Shown: piece by piece, positions 37,391 through 45,892 of the stretch
Layout: the number at the start of each line of letters is the position of its first letter
Numbering within the stretch: position 1 is the stretch's first letter
Origin: an uncultured Nitrososphaerales archaeon
GTDB taxonomy: Archaea; Thermoproteota; Nitrososphaeria; Conexivisphaerales; DTJL01
DNA: 64,000 nt
Direction of reading: 5' to 3'
NCBI GenBank assembly: GCA_964475215.1
Contig: CAYYVT010000187.1
Coordinates: 72,334 to 136,333 of the forward strand
Made by a program: the position numbers and the translations under genes
Notes under the pieces: model-generated
Told to the model about the DNA's origin: nothing
The model's database searches: none
The model's input: only the letters and a program-made list of their open reading frames with translations

Positions 37391-38559
37391 GCGGCGAAAT
37401 GATGAGCATCGAGGACCGTTGGCTCATCCCTGCGTACGCGAAACTTCCGGTCAAGGTCATTCGAGGAGAGGGCTCCTACGTCTGGGATGCAGATGGCAGG
37501 AGGCTCATAGATTTTGCCACTGGCTACGGGACGGCCATTTTAGGGCATTGCCCGCCACGCGTCACTGCGGCCATAGTCGAGCAGGTGAACAGGCTCATGG
37601 TCTGTCACGGCAGCCTCTACAGCGATGCTCGCGAGAGTTTCCTGAAGGCGTTGAGCACGGTTGCCCCAAAGGGCTTGGACAAGGCCTTCCTATGCAATAG
37701 CGGAGCTGAGGCCGTCGAGGCGGCCATAAAGCTAGCCGTCAAGAGATCAGGTAAGCAGGGCTTCATAGCCTTCCAGGGTGCCTACCATGGCAAGACCATC
37801 GGCGCCCTCTCCATGACCTGGGGATCGAAGTACAGGGAGCCATATCAGGGAATGCTCCTTCCAACCAAGTTCGCCAGGTTCGGAGAGGCATCAAGCGTCT
37901 CCCCCCTCATCGACGAGGATATGGCTGCCGTAATAGTTGAGCCGGTACAGGGGGAGGCAGGCGTCAGAGTCCCGCCCCTAGGCTTCCTGAAGGAGGTCGA
38001 AGAGATCTGCCGGAGCACAGGCGTCCTCCTGATAGTCGACGAAATCCAGTCTGGGATGGGAAGGACGGGTCTAATGTGGGCTCACGAACACTCCGGCGTT
38101 CATCCCGACATCATGTGCTTTGGGAAGGGCCTGGCTTCTGGCATTCCAATCGGCGCCGTCCTGACGACTCCCGAGATTGCCGCCGCATGGACCAAGGGGG
38201 AGCACACTACCACCTTTGGGGGGAACCCCATATCTTGCGCTGCAGCCGCGGCAACTCTTAACCAAGTGGTGTCGAGCAAGCTCTGGATCAACGCAGCAGT
38301 GCAGGGCGCCAGGCTGATGGAAGTCTTCAACCGCCTTCCCCGTTCGGTCGTAAGGGAGGCGCGAGGGATGGGGCTGATGCTCGCCGTGGAAACCCGGCAG
38401 CCCTCTACGCCAGTCGTCAAGAAGCTGCTTGCTGGAGGGCTCCTCTCTATCCCTACGGGGCTAAACGTCGTGCGGGCCCTCCCTCCCATCAACCTTGATT
38501 CCTCCGTGCTGGCGGAGGCCACGCCAATAATAGAATCTGCCTTCCAAGGGGACGCATGA
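37387..38559 (+). CDS. lysJ: Class III aminotransferase LysJ/ArgD
   Basis: 390 aa with a GTG start. CNSGAEAVEAAIKLA, DEIQSGMGRTG, and the PLP-Lys in FGKGLASG are present. Confidence 0.9.
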   Translation: MSGEMMSIEDRWLIPAYAKLPVKVIRGEGSYVWDADGRRLIDFATGYGTAILGHCPPRVTAAIVEQVNRLMVCHGSLYSDARESFLKALSTVAPKGLDKAFLCNSGAEAVEAAIKLAVKRSGKQGFIAFQGAYHGKTIGALSMTWGSKYREPYQGMLLPTKFARFGEASSVSPLIDEDMAAVIVEPVQGEAGVRVPPLGFLKEVEEICRSTGVLLIVDEIQSGMGRTGLMWAHEHSGVHPDIMCFGKGLASGIPIGAVLTTPEIAAAWTKGEHTTTFGGNPISCAAAAATLNQVVSSKLWINAAVQGARLMEVFNRLPRSVVREARGMGLMLAVETRQPSTPVVKKLLAGGLLSIPTGLNVVRALPPINLDSSVLAEATPIIESAFQGDA

Positions 38560-38560
38560 A

Positions 38561-39604
38561 ATGCCTCAAGAGCTGGGGGCCATCGGCCTCCTGAGAAGCC
38601 TTGTCCGGCTGTACTCGCCAAGCGGAAGGGAGAGGGAAGTAGCCTCAGTGATCCATCGGTGGCTAGTGGCCCAGTCGGCGTTTGACAACATCGAATTCGA
38701 TTCGGTCGGGAACGTCGTAGCGACAAAGGGCCCCGAGCCATACCTCCTGCTCTGCGGCCATATGGATACGGTGCCAGGTAGGCTCCCGGTTCTTTTCGAC
38801 GGCGGCATCATACGGGGTAGAGGTGCCGTGGACGCCAAGGGTGCCCTAGCGGGGATTTGCGTCGGTGCATCTGCGGCGGCTCGCGCTGGAGCGAAGGGCC
38901 TCATGCTAGCTGCCGTAGTGGGAGAGGAGACGGAGGGGAAGGGGATGAAGTCGATTTTGGCCAAGGGGTACCAGTACGTCGGGGGGGTGTTCGGAGAGCC
39001 TTCAGGAGGCGGAATCGTAGTCGCCTACAGGGGAAGGATGGGCCTAGAGCTCGAAGTCGAGGGAAAGGCAGCACACGCTTCAAGCGCGGTCCTGGGAGTT
39101 AACGCGGTGGAAATTGGCATGGAGACGGCACTCAGGCTGAAAGAGGAGCTCTGCTCCCTAGGTTGCGCCGCTTCGATAACGATTGTCAAAGGCGGAAAGG
39201 CGGAGAACATGATTCCGGCCAAGTGCAATATAGCGATGGACGTCCGAATCCCCATCACTGTGAACATGGAAGAGGTTCAGAGGGCCCTCCAGAAGTACGT
39301 CCGTCAAGGGATTAAGGCGAGGGTTTCCGATCTGACGCCTCCCATCAACGTAGGCAGGGCGAACCGAGTGTTTGGTTCGATGTCAGCGGCCATCACCGAA
39401 GCCGGGGTCCACCCTAGAGCCCTGGTTAAGGTGGGCACCAGCGACATGAACTCCTTCTTTCTAGCTACCAAGGCCCCATGCGTAGCCTACGGACCTGGCG
39501 ACGCCTCCCTTTCTCACACGGACAACGAGTGGGTAAGCGAGGGGGAATACCTCACCAGCGTCCGAGTCTACTCGTCGGCCATCAGGAGGGTGCTGCGAAC
39601 TTGA
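38561..39604 (+). CDS. lysK: [LysW]-lysine/ornithine hydrolase LysK/ArgE (M20 peptidase family)
   Basis: 347 aa with the metal ligands LLLCGHMDTV, RGAVDAKG, and VVGEETEG. It is the last gene of the cluster. Confidence 0.88.
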   Translation: MPQELGAIGLLRSLVRLYSPSGREREVASVIHRWLVAQSAFDNIEFDSVGNVVATKGPEPYLLLCGHMDTVPGRLPVLFDGGIIRGRGAVDAKGALAGICVGASAAARAGAKGLMLAAVVGEETEGKGMKSILAKGYQYVGGVFGEPSGGGIVVAYRGRMGLELEVEGKAAHASSAVLGVNAVEIGMETALRLKEELCSLGCAASITIVKGGKAENMIPAKCNIAMDVRIPITVNMEEVQRALQKYVRQGIKARVSDLTPPINVGRANRVFGSMSAAITEAGVHPRALVKVGTSDMNSFFLATKAPCVAYGPGDASLSHTDNEWVSEGEYLTSVRVYSSAIRRVLRT

Positions 39605-39698
39605 TTCGAGGAAGACGAAACAAGACTTCACCCAACCGATATCATTTAAATACGCTGGTCTGGTTGCGCGCAATGTGGGTTGACCAAGGCTGGCGGCG

Positions 39699-40673
39699 AT
39701 AGAGGTCAATAACCTGACCAAGCTTTATCCACCCGACCTGAAGGCAGTGGACGCGATTAGCTTCAAGGTGGAGGAGGGAGAGATATTTGGGCTGCTTGGA
39801 CCCAACGGCGCTGGCAAGACCACCGTAATCAAGATGATAATCGGGCTGACGAGGCCCACCGCTGGCACGATGCAAATCTGTGGAATCGACGCACTTTCGT
39901 CCTCCTCCCAGGTCCGCCAGATGATGGGTTACGTCCCCCAAGCCATCTCCGCTGACGGCGACCTTACGGGATACGAAAACCTCCTGATATTTTCAAAGCT
40001 CTTCTACGTTCAGCGGAAGGACCGCCAACCAAGGATAAAGGAAGCACTGCAGTGGATGGAGCTCACGGACAGGGCGGACGACCTCGTCAAACACTACTCG
40101 GGCGGCATGATGAGACGGCTCGAAATAGCCGAGGCCATCGTGAGCCGCCCAAGGGTCCTGTTCTTGGACGAGCCCAGCATCGGGTTGGATCCGGCATCCA
40201 AGAGACAGGTCTGGAAACACATCAAACGCCTGAACGGCGAGCTGAATATGACCGTCCTGATAACGACGCACGATATGGCCGAGGCAGATGAGCTCTGTAG
40301 CAGGATAGCCATCATGAACCACGGCAGGTTCGTTGCCTCAGGGACTCCCAGCGAGCTCAAGCATGGCATGGGTGGGGACGTTGTCACCGTACGGCTGTCA
40401 AGCAAGCCCGACCTGGCGTTGCCACTGGAACTGGGGAAGTCACTCCACGTGCTCGAAGATTCGATCGACATCCTGACCTCCGACGGAGAGACGGCCATCC
40501 CTAGAATCGCAAGTTTCTATAAAGAGAATGGCTTTCAAGTCCTTTCGATGTCGCTGAACAAGCCCACTCTAGACGACGTCTTCCTCAAGTATGCCAAGGT
40601 ACGTATCGAAGAGGAGGAGAGCTACTCGCAGGCGCGTCAGTCCCGTAGAAGTTTCATGAGGCATGCTCGATAA
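39699..40673 (+). CDS. ABC transporter ATP-binding protein (DrrA/ABC-2 type), with a probable non-canonical start
   Basis: Walker A is GPNGAGKTT, the signature is YSGGMMRRL, and Walker B is VLFLDEP. The conserved first strand AIEVNNLTKLY is in frame upstream of the first canonical start, GTG 39747. The only start candidates are CTG 39690 and ATA 39699; the in-frame stop is at 39681. Confidence 0.85.
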   Translation: MEVNNLTKLYPPDLKAVDAISFKVEEGEIFGLLGPNGAGKTTVIKMIIGLTRPTAGTMQICGIDALSSSSQVRQMMGYVPQAISADGDLTGYENLLIFSKLFYVQRKDRQPRIKEALQWMELTDRADDLVKHYSGGMMRRLEIAEAIVSRPRVLFLDEPSIGLDPASKRQVWKHIKRLNGELNMTVLITTHDMAEADELCSRIAIMNHGRFVASGTPSELKHGMGGDVVTVRLSSKPDLALPLELGKSLHVLEDSIDILTSDGETAIPRIASFYKENGFQVLSMSLNKPTLDDVFLKYAKVRIEEEESYSQARQSRRSFMRHAR

Positions 40674-41446
40674 TGAACTCCATTACTCGGTTCATCTCCA
40701 GCTCGCTCGCCGTCGCAGAGATGGAGGCGAGGAAGATTCGTCACGATTCGACGGAGCTCTGGACTAGGTTGGTTCAACCTGCCCTCTGGCTCCTGATCTT
40801 CGGCGAAGTCTTTACCGCCATTCGAGCGATATCGACAGGTCCCTACTCCTACATTCAGTTCATTACGCCGGGAGTGTTGGCGCAATCGGTTCTCTTCGTC
40901 GCGATTTTCTACGGCATCACCGTGGTCTGGGAAAGGGATGCCGGCTTGCTCCACAAGCTCCTTTCCACCCCGTCGCCGAGGGCTTCCATCATAGTCGGCA
41001 AGACGCTTGCTGCGGGCGTAAGAGGCATCTTTCAAGCCATCATGATATTTGCCCTGGCTCTAGTCATCGGGGTGAACTTGAGGTTCGACGTACTTGACGT
41101 GCTCGGGGTCTTCGTCACGATAGTCGTGTTCGCCATGTGCTTCTCGAGCCTATCCATGATCCTAGCCTCGTTCCTGAAGACGCGCGACAGGATGATGGGA
41201 ATCGGCCAGGCGATAACGATGCCGCTCTTCTTCGCCAGCAATGCCATCTATCCGATTTCCATGATGCCTGCCTGGTTGCAGAGCATCGCTGTGTACAATC
41301 CACTCAGCTACGGCGTAGACGCGGTCAGGGCCATGATCTTGACTGGCCAATACTCTAACCTCCCGTTGGACGCAGCCGTCCTCGGCGGCTTCACACTGCT
41401 GTTCCTATTTGTCGCATCGATCTCGATACGTGGAATGGTAGAGTAG
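40673..41446 (+). CDS. ABC-2 type transporter permease
   Basis: 257 aa with 6 TM helices. The ATG overlaps the ATPase stop (TAATG). Confidence 0.85.
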   Translation: MNSITRFISSSLAVAEMEARKIRHDSTELWTRLVQPALWLLIFGEVFTAIRAISTGPYSYIQFITPGVLAQSVLFVAIFYGITVVWERDAGLLHKLLSTPSPRASIIVGKTLAAGVRGIFQAIMIFALALVIGVNLRFDVLDVLGVFVTIVVFAMCFSSLSMILASFLKTRDRMMGIGQAITMPLFFASNAIYPISMMPAWLQSIAVYNPLSYGVDAVRAMILTGQYSNLPLDAAVLGGFTLLFLFVASISIRGMVE

Positions 41447-41519
41447 ACTGGAGCCTTGGGCTTGGCTGACGCTGCTTGAACGAGAGAGAAACTGAAACCG
41501 TCTAGGATGCTATGGCTGG

Positions 41520-41804
41520 CTAACCGAAGAGTGCGGCCAAGCCTTCGAGGGCCTCTTCTTCCTTCTTCTCTTCCTTCTTCGCCGGAGCGGCAGCGGCGGC
41601 AGGGGCAGGTTGCGATGCGGCCGGCATTGCCACCGACGTCTTCAGCGCTTCGTCGATGTTGATCTCGCCAAGGGCCGCCACGAGCGCCTTAACCTTAATT
41701 TCGTCGGGCTGGACGCCAGCGGCAGCAATTATCTTCTTTATGCTCTCCTCGTCGACTTTCTTTCCGAGCCTGTGAAGTATGAGAGCAGCGTAGACGTACT
41801 CCAT
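41520..41804 (-). CDS. rpl12: Ribosomal stalk protein P1 (aL12)
   Basis: [11 protein letters not shown]...[23 protein letters not shown] has the canonical archaeal P1 N-terminus, an Ala/Pro hinge, and the acidic LFG tail. Confidence 0.95.
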   Translation of the reverse strand: MEYVYAALILHRLGKKVDEESIKKIIAAAGVQPDEIKVKALVAALGEINIDEALKTSVAMPAASQPAPAAAAAPAKKEEKKEEEALEGLAALFG

Positions 41805-41831
41805 CTAATATCCCACGTCAGACAAGCACTA

Positions 41832-41882
41832 TTCTGAAGGTATTTAGACATTTCTGAAGTGGTCATTTGCATAAATTCTGAA
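41832..41882. repeat. Three copies of TTCTGAA spaced 20 and 24 bp apart, upstream of the P1 gene
   Basis: TTCTGAA occurs at 41832-38, 41852-58 and 41876-82. Each copy is a TTC-N-GAA mini-palindrome. A TATA-like TAAATA on the minus strand (41840-48) lies between copies 1 and 2. Confidence 0.4.
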
Positions 41883-42106
41883 CTGGAAAGGTGCCGCTTC
41901 TCGATGAAAGCAGGAGGGTCAAGACCAAGCTACTTTATTCCATCGTCCTCAATCGATTGCACAGATCAGCATGAGATTGCTCCAGACCTTCCTCAATGAG
42001 GTGAAAGCGCAAGATTATATCACATAAGCCAGGCACCTAACGTCACCCTAGTCGTATTGGTAGTTACTGGGCGGGGATGGTATCTGCCGAGGATATAATG
42101 AAAGCC

Positions 42107-42589
42107 CTATGTCCTTAGCTTCCTTTCGATGGCTAGCCCGAAGGATACTGCCAAGGCCACCGCGACCGCGATCATGAAGCCGGGGAATTCTGGCGTGGGA
42201 GATGGGTTCAATACCACCACCTGTCCATTCATGGGATATGGGTCAACGGTGCAGGTGTAGTTGTAGGTGCCAGGGATGGTGAACGTAAAGGCGAAGGACC
42301 CACCCTCCGGCACGAGGCCCGAAGACCACCACTCCGACTGGTTCGGAAGCGACACGGTTTCGGCGGAACCTAGGACAGCGGTCCAGTTCACCGTATCTCC
42401 AACGTTGATGGTAACCACAGCGGGGTCAAAATAATACGATTGGGTCATTCCGTCCGAGTACATCGTGACGTACCAAGTCTTTGAAGCATGAGCTGGAGCA
42501 GGGAAAAGCAGAGAAGGAAAACCTGCAAAGATCAAGATGATGAGGCAAATCAAGAATGAGAGACGCTTGCTCTTCGACAAAGGAAACAT
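42107..42589 (-). CDS. Secreted cupredoxin-fold protein with a PGF-CTERM archaeosortase signal
   Basis: I placed the start at Met90 of the track ORF (MFPLSKSKRLSFLICLIILIF...AHA signal peptide). The cupredoxin-like core is FDPAVVTINVGDTVNWT...GTYNYTCTVDPYPMNGQVVV. The C-terminus SPTPEFPGFMIAVAVALAVSFGLAIERKLRT has a PGF motif, a TM helix and a basic tail. Confidence 0.75.
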   Translation of the reverse strand: MFPLSKSKRLSFLICLIILIFAGFPSLLFPAPAHASKTWYVTMYSDGMTQSYYFDPAVVTINVGDTVNWTAVLGSAETVSLPNQSEWWSSGLVPEGGSFAFTFTIPGTYNYTCTVDPYPMNGQVVVLNPSPTPEFPGFMIAVAVALAVSFGLAIERKLRT

Positions 42590-42681
42590 GGGATGAATCG
42601 AACCATCATTCCATGAGCTACGCTTTTGATAAGCCTTACGATTGGAAGAATGACTCACTGATAGGTCGAGCAGAGGGCGGG

Positions 42682-43041
42682 TCAGCGCGTGGCGAGGTTC
42701 TCCCTGTCCCTGACTTCCCCGATCATCTGGACGATCATGGCAGGGTTTATCCTCTTGAGCTGCTTCCATTCCGTGAAGCCGTAGGTCCTCTCTCCCTCCC
42801 TGTCTGCCTTCCTTTCGTAGCGATTGCGGGCACAGTCCACCTCTGGGTGGGGGCATTGGGAGAAGATGAAGGTGTCAAGGCAGACCGGCTCCAGGATGCA
42901 CTTGAACTCTACATCTTCCAAGAAAGAAGTGGCAGATTTGGCCTTCGGGCCCGAAGGGTTGTCTTCCCTACCACGGAAGACCTCGCTGATTTCCGAGGCC
43001 GCCTCGCCTTCCAAACTATCAATCCCTTGGAGGCTTGACAT
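42682..43041 (-). CDS. Hypothetical Cys-containing protein (119 aa)
   Basis: Protein-like composition with four Cys in KCILEPVC...QCPHPEVDC. I did not recognise a family. Confidence 0.5.
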   Translation of the reverse strand: MSSLQGIDSLEGEAASEISEVFRGREDNPSGPKAKSATSFLEDVEFKCILEPVCLDTFIFSQCPHPEVDCARNRYERKADREGERTYGFTEWKQLKRINPAMIVQMIGEVRDRENLATR

Positions 43042-43351
43042 ATTAACGCGTTACGCCTTCAGAACATTACTGGAGGGATTGACCTCCAGAGGGCAATAAA
43101 CAGAAAGATTTCTGCTCTTGAGTTTCGAGCGGCCAAGGCCCAAAAGAGAGGTAAGGGGATGGGCCTAGTCCCTATTCAATTCCCGTCCGCGACGCCTGCG
43201 GGAAATTAGTGAAGGACCTTAGGAGACACAGGGCACGCAGCCGGGTCCTCTGATTGCTTCGTGGCCGTCCGGAAACCGTCTTATAGGCCGACGAGCCAGA
43301 CAAGATGGTTTTGAACCGCTTGCCCGACCGAAACAGGAGGGCGTCAGCCGC

Positions 43352-43849
43352 TTGAGCGGAGCAATGCCCAGCCTTCCAGACCCAGAGATTGACGCGATGG
43401 CCCAGAGGATTATGACCGAGATAGAACGCACCAATTCCAGGGAGCTGGCGAACTCCGACGAAATGATAAAGATCCTGCACCTGACTAACGCGCATCACGC
43501 AAGGGTGCTCCTCGAGCACGCCGATGAAGCTCCTACAGAACACGAAAGGGACATTGGAAAGAAGGCCGTGGTGCAGGCCTTGCTGGTTTCGACCTGGCAC
43601 ACTAGGCTTTACTTCATCATAAGGTCGTTCATCATGGGGATCCTCAGCGCCTGTCTTACACTGACCTTCGTGCTGATATTTCACGCCATAACCCTGAGCC
43701 TAGAGATTCCGCTCGGCATCTTCTCATTCGTATTCTCGCTGGCCGTGTCGCGGCTCCTGGACGTGGAGATAGTAAAAGCCACAAGAGACGTCGTGGAGTT
43801 CCTGAATGGCCATACCGGCTTAAGGGGCTTCATCCTCGGTCACTTCTAG
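43352..43849 (+). CDS. Hypothetical membrane protein (2-3 TM)
   Basis: 165 aa with a soluble helical N-terminus and then hydrophobic helices (FIMGILSACLTLTFVLIF, LGIFSFVFSLAV). The antisense ORF 43172-43684 looks like a shadow frame. Confidence 0.55.
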   Translation: MSGAMPSLPDPEIDAMAQRIMTEIERTNSRELANSDEMIKILHLTNAHHARVLLEHADEAPTEHERDIGKKAVVQALLVSTWHTRLYFIIRSFIMGILSACLTLTFVLIFHAITLSLEIPLGIFSFVFSLAVSRLLDVEIVKATRDVVEFLNGHTGLRGFILGHF

Positions 43850-44011
43850 GCTGGCAGCACCTGCAGCTATCCCTAGACACCTGTCTACGAATCATTGCTA
43901 TCTAAAGACGAGCTTTCCCGACAGGCCCGCTCCCGCTGCAGAACTCTTTTATGCCGCTAAATAGCTAAGAAGTTGTGCATTAAGCGATGCGTCTGACCCC
44001 TTTCGGTCGGT

Positions 44012-45892
44012 GTGGTCCGCATGGTTGATTCTACACTGATTTTGGACGGCGCCAAAGATCAGAAGCTCCTACTTCTGGGGAACGAGGCCGTGGTAAGAGG
44101 GGGACTTGAGTCCGGATTCTCCGTGTTCACATCCTACCCGGGCACGCCCGCCTCTGAGATACTTGACGTGGCCGCCACGATTTCGAAGGAAGCGGGGATC
44201 TACGCGGAATACTCGGTCAACGAGAAGGTCGCCATCGATACGGCCGCGGGCGCCGCGATGAGCGGGTTGAGGGCCATGACTTCCATGAAGCATGTCGGCC
44301 TGAACGTGGCCTCTGATACCTTCATGGCCCTCCCATACTTTTCCCCGAAGTCCGCGCTCGTCGTCGTTGTGGCGGACGATCCCTCAGCCTACAGCAGCCA
44401 GACCGAACAGGACTCCCGGAATTACGGTTACTTCGCTAACGTCCCCATGCTCGAACCTTCAGACCCTCAGGAGGCCAAGGACTGCATCGTAAGGTCCGCC
44501 GAGATATCCGAATCTGTCGAGCTTCCCGTCCTCGTGAGGCTCGACATACGGGTCAGCCACGTCAGGGGGCCTGTCGTGCTGGGAGAGCTGAGAGCCCCTC
44601 CTCCGAGGAAGGAGTTCGTCAAGGAGAGGGGGAGGTACTTGGCCATACCCCCCTACCCGGTCAAGGCCCACGAAGCCCTCTTGGAGAAGATGGAGCGGTG
44701 CAAGGGAATCAGCAACTCTCCTGAGTTCGTGAAGCTCATCGACCGAGGCTCCGATTACGGGGTCATCTGCTCCGGTTCAGCGGCCACATACGTCTTGGAC
44801 GCGGACGTTCCGGCGCCGCTGCGGCCCGACGTGCTCAAGATGCTGATGGTCAACCCGCTTCCGGAGGAAGCGATAGTAGAATTCCTCGCATCTCACAAGA
44901 AGGTCCTGGTGGTTGAGGAGCTGGACCCGGTCTTCGAGACGCGAATCAAGGAGCTCGCCTATGATAATGGTCTGAAGACCATGATACTCGGGAAGGGCGT
45001 CGGCATCCCCTCGGCCGGCGAGCTGGTGCCTGCTGACGTAAGCTGCGCCATATCCGCGCTGGTAGGAGTTCCTCAACCAAAGAAGGCTAGCCGCCCTGCG
45101 CCGTCGGGCCCCGCTCGGCCACCTGTGTTCTGCGCAGGATGCCCTCACCGGGCATCGATGTATCTGATTAAAACCCTCGCTGGCAAGAACAGGGTCGTCG
45201 TGACCGACATCGGATGTTACGGCATGGGCTCGCTGGCTCCGACGGAGGTCGGCGACGTCCTCCTTGACATGGGGTTCAGCATAGGTGCTGCAGGAGGCTT
45301 CGCCATAGGGAGCAAGCTCAAGCCCCTAGCGGTCATCGGGGACTCCACGTTTCTGCATGCCGGCATACCGGCACTCATAAACGCCGTATGGAACAGGCAC
45401 GACCTTGCCCTAATCATACTGGATAACTACATCACCGCCATGACCGGCCTTCAGCCCAACCCCTCCAGCGGCCTTGATTCCCAGCTTCAGCCCACAGATG
45501 GGGTCTCCTTGGAGGAACTCGTCAGAGCCTGCGGGGTCAAGAACCTCAGAATCCTCAGTCCAATGAACGTAAAGCAGTCCAAAAAGGAGATCCGCGAGAT
45601 GCTCGACGAGAAGGGCGTCTCCGTAATGATATTGAGACAGCCATGCGCCCTCCTGGCGAGTCAACAGCTGAAGGCCTCGGGCCAGGCTGCCACTCCCTAC
45701 GAGATAGTAGCGGAGAACTGCAACAACTGCAACGCCTGCTTGGTCCTCGCCAGCTGCCCCGCTCTCATCCCGGCGGGTGGCGTGACCGAAGGAGCTTCGG
45801 AAAAGGTCACGATCGACCCAGCCTCCTGCACTGGCTGCGGCTTCTGCGCGGAAATCTGTCCTTACGACGCCATTGTACGGGGAGGGGAGTGA
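44012..45892 (+). CDS. iorA: Indolepyruvate:ferredoxin oxidoreductase subunit alpha
   Basis: 626 aa. LLLGNEAVVRG, a TPP-binding region (GDSTFLHAG), and a C-terminal pair of [4Fe-4S] motifs (CNNCNAC...CP and CTGCGFCAEICP) are present. ATG 44021 is an alternative start. Confidence 0.9.
   Translation: MVRMVDSTLILDGAKDQKLLLLGNEAVVRGGLESGFSVFTSYPGTPASEILDVAATISKEAGIYAEYSVNEKVAIDTAAGAAMSGLRAMTSMKHVGLNVASDTFMALPYFSPKSALVVVVADDPSAYSSQTEQDSRNYGYFANVPMLEPSDPQEAKDCIVRSAEISESVELPVLVRLDIRVSHVRGPVVLGELRAPPPRKEFVKERGRYLAIPPYPVKAHEALLEKMERCKGISNSPEFVKLIDRGSDYGVICSGSAATYVLDADVPAPLRPDVLKMLMVNPLPEEAIVEFLASHKKVLVVEELDPVFETRIKELAYDNGLKTMILGKGVGIPSAGELVPADVSCAISALVGVPQPKKASRPAPSGPARPPVFCAGCPHRASMYLIKTLAGKNRVVVTDIGCYGMGSLAPTEVGDVLLDMGFSIGAAGGFAIGSKLKPLAVIGDSTFLHAGIPALINAVWNRHDLALIILDNYITAMTGLQPNPSSGLDSQLQPTDGVSLEELVRACGVKNLRILSPMNVKQSKKEIREMLDEKGVSVMILRQPCALLASQQLKASGQAATPYEIVAENCNNCNACLVLASCPALIPAGGVTEGASEKVTIDPASCTGCGFCAEICPYDAIVRGGE

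Noticed and set aside
42590-42856. The 89-codon N-terminal extension of track ORF 42107-42856
   Set aside because: The extension is R/G/D/P-rich, lacks hydrophobic structure, and overlaps the 3' end of 42682-43041. A canonical signal peptide begins at Met90, so the gene starts at 42589.
43172-43684. Minus-strand 170-aa ORF
   Set aside because: It is antisense to the better-looking membrane-protein ORF 43352-43849, and its composition (many H/R/P/C) is typical of a shadow frame.
45643-45888. Upstream extension of the iorB frame overlapping iorA
   Set aside because: The extension is out of frame with iorA and not protein-like. A GTG forming a GTGA overlap with the iorA stop gives a normal IorB N-terminus.
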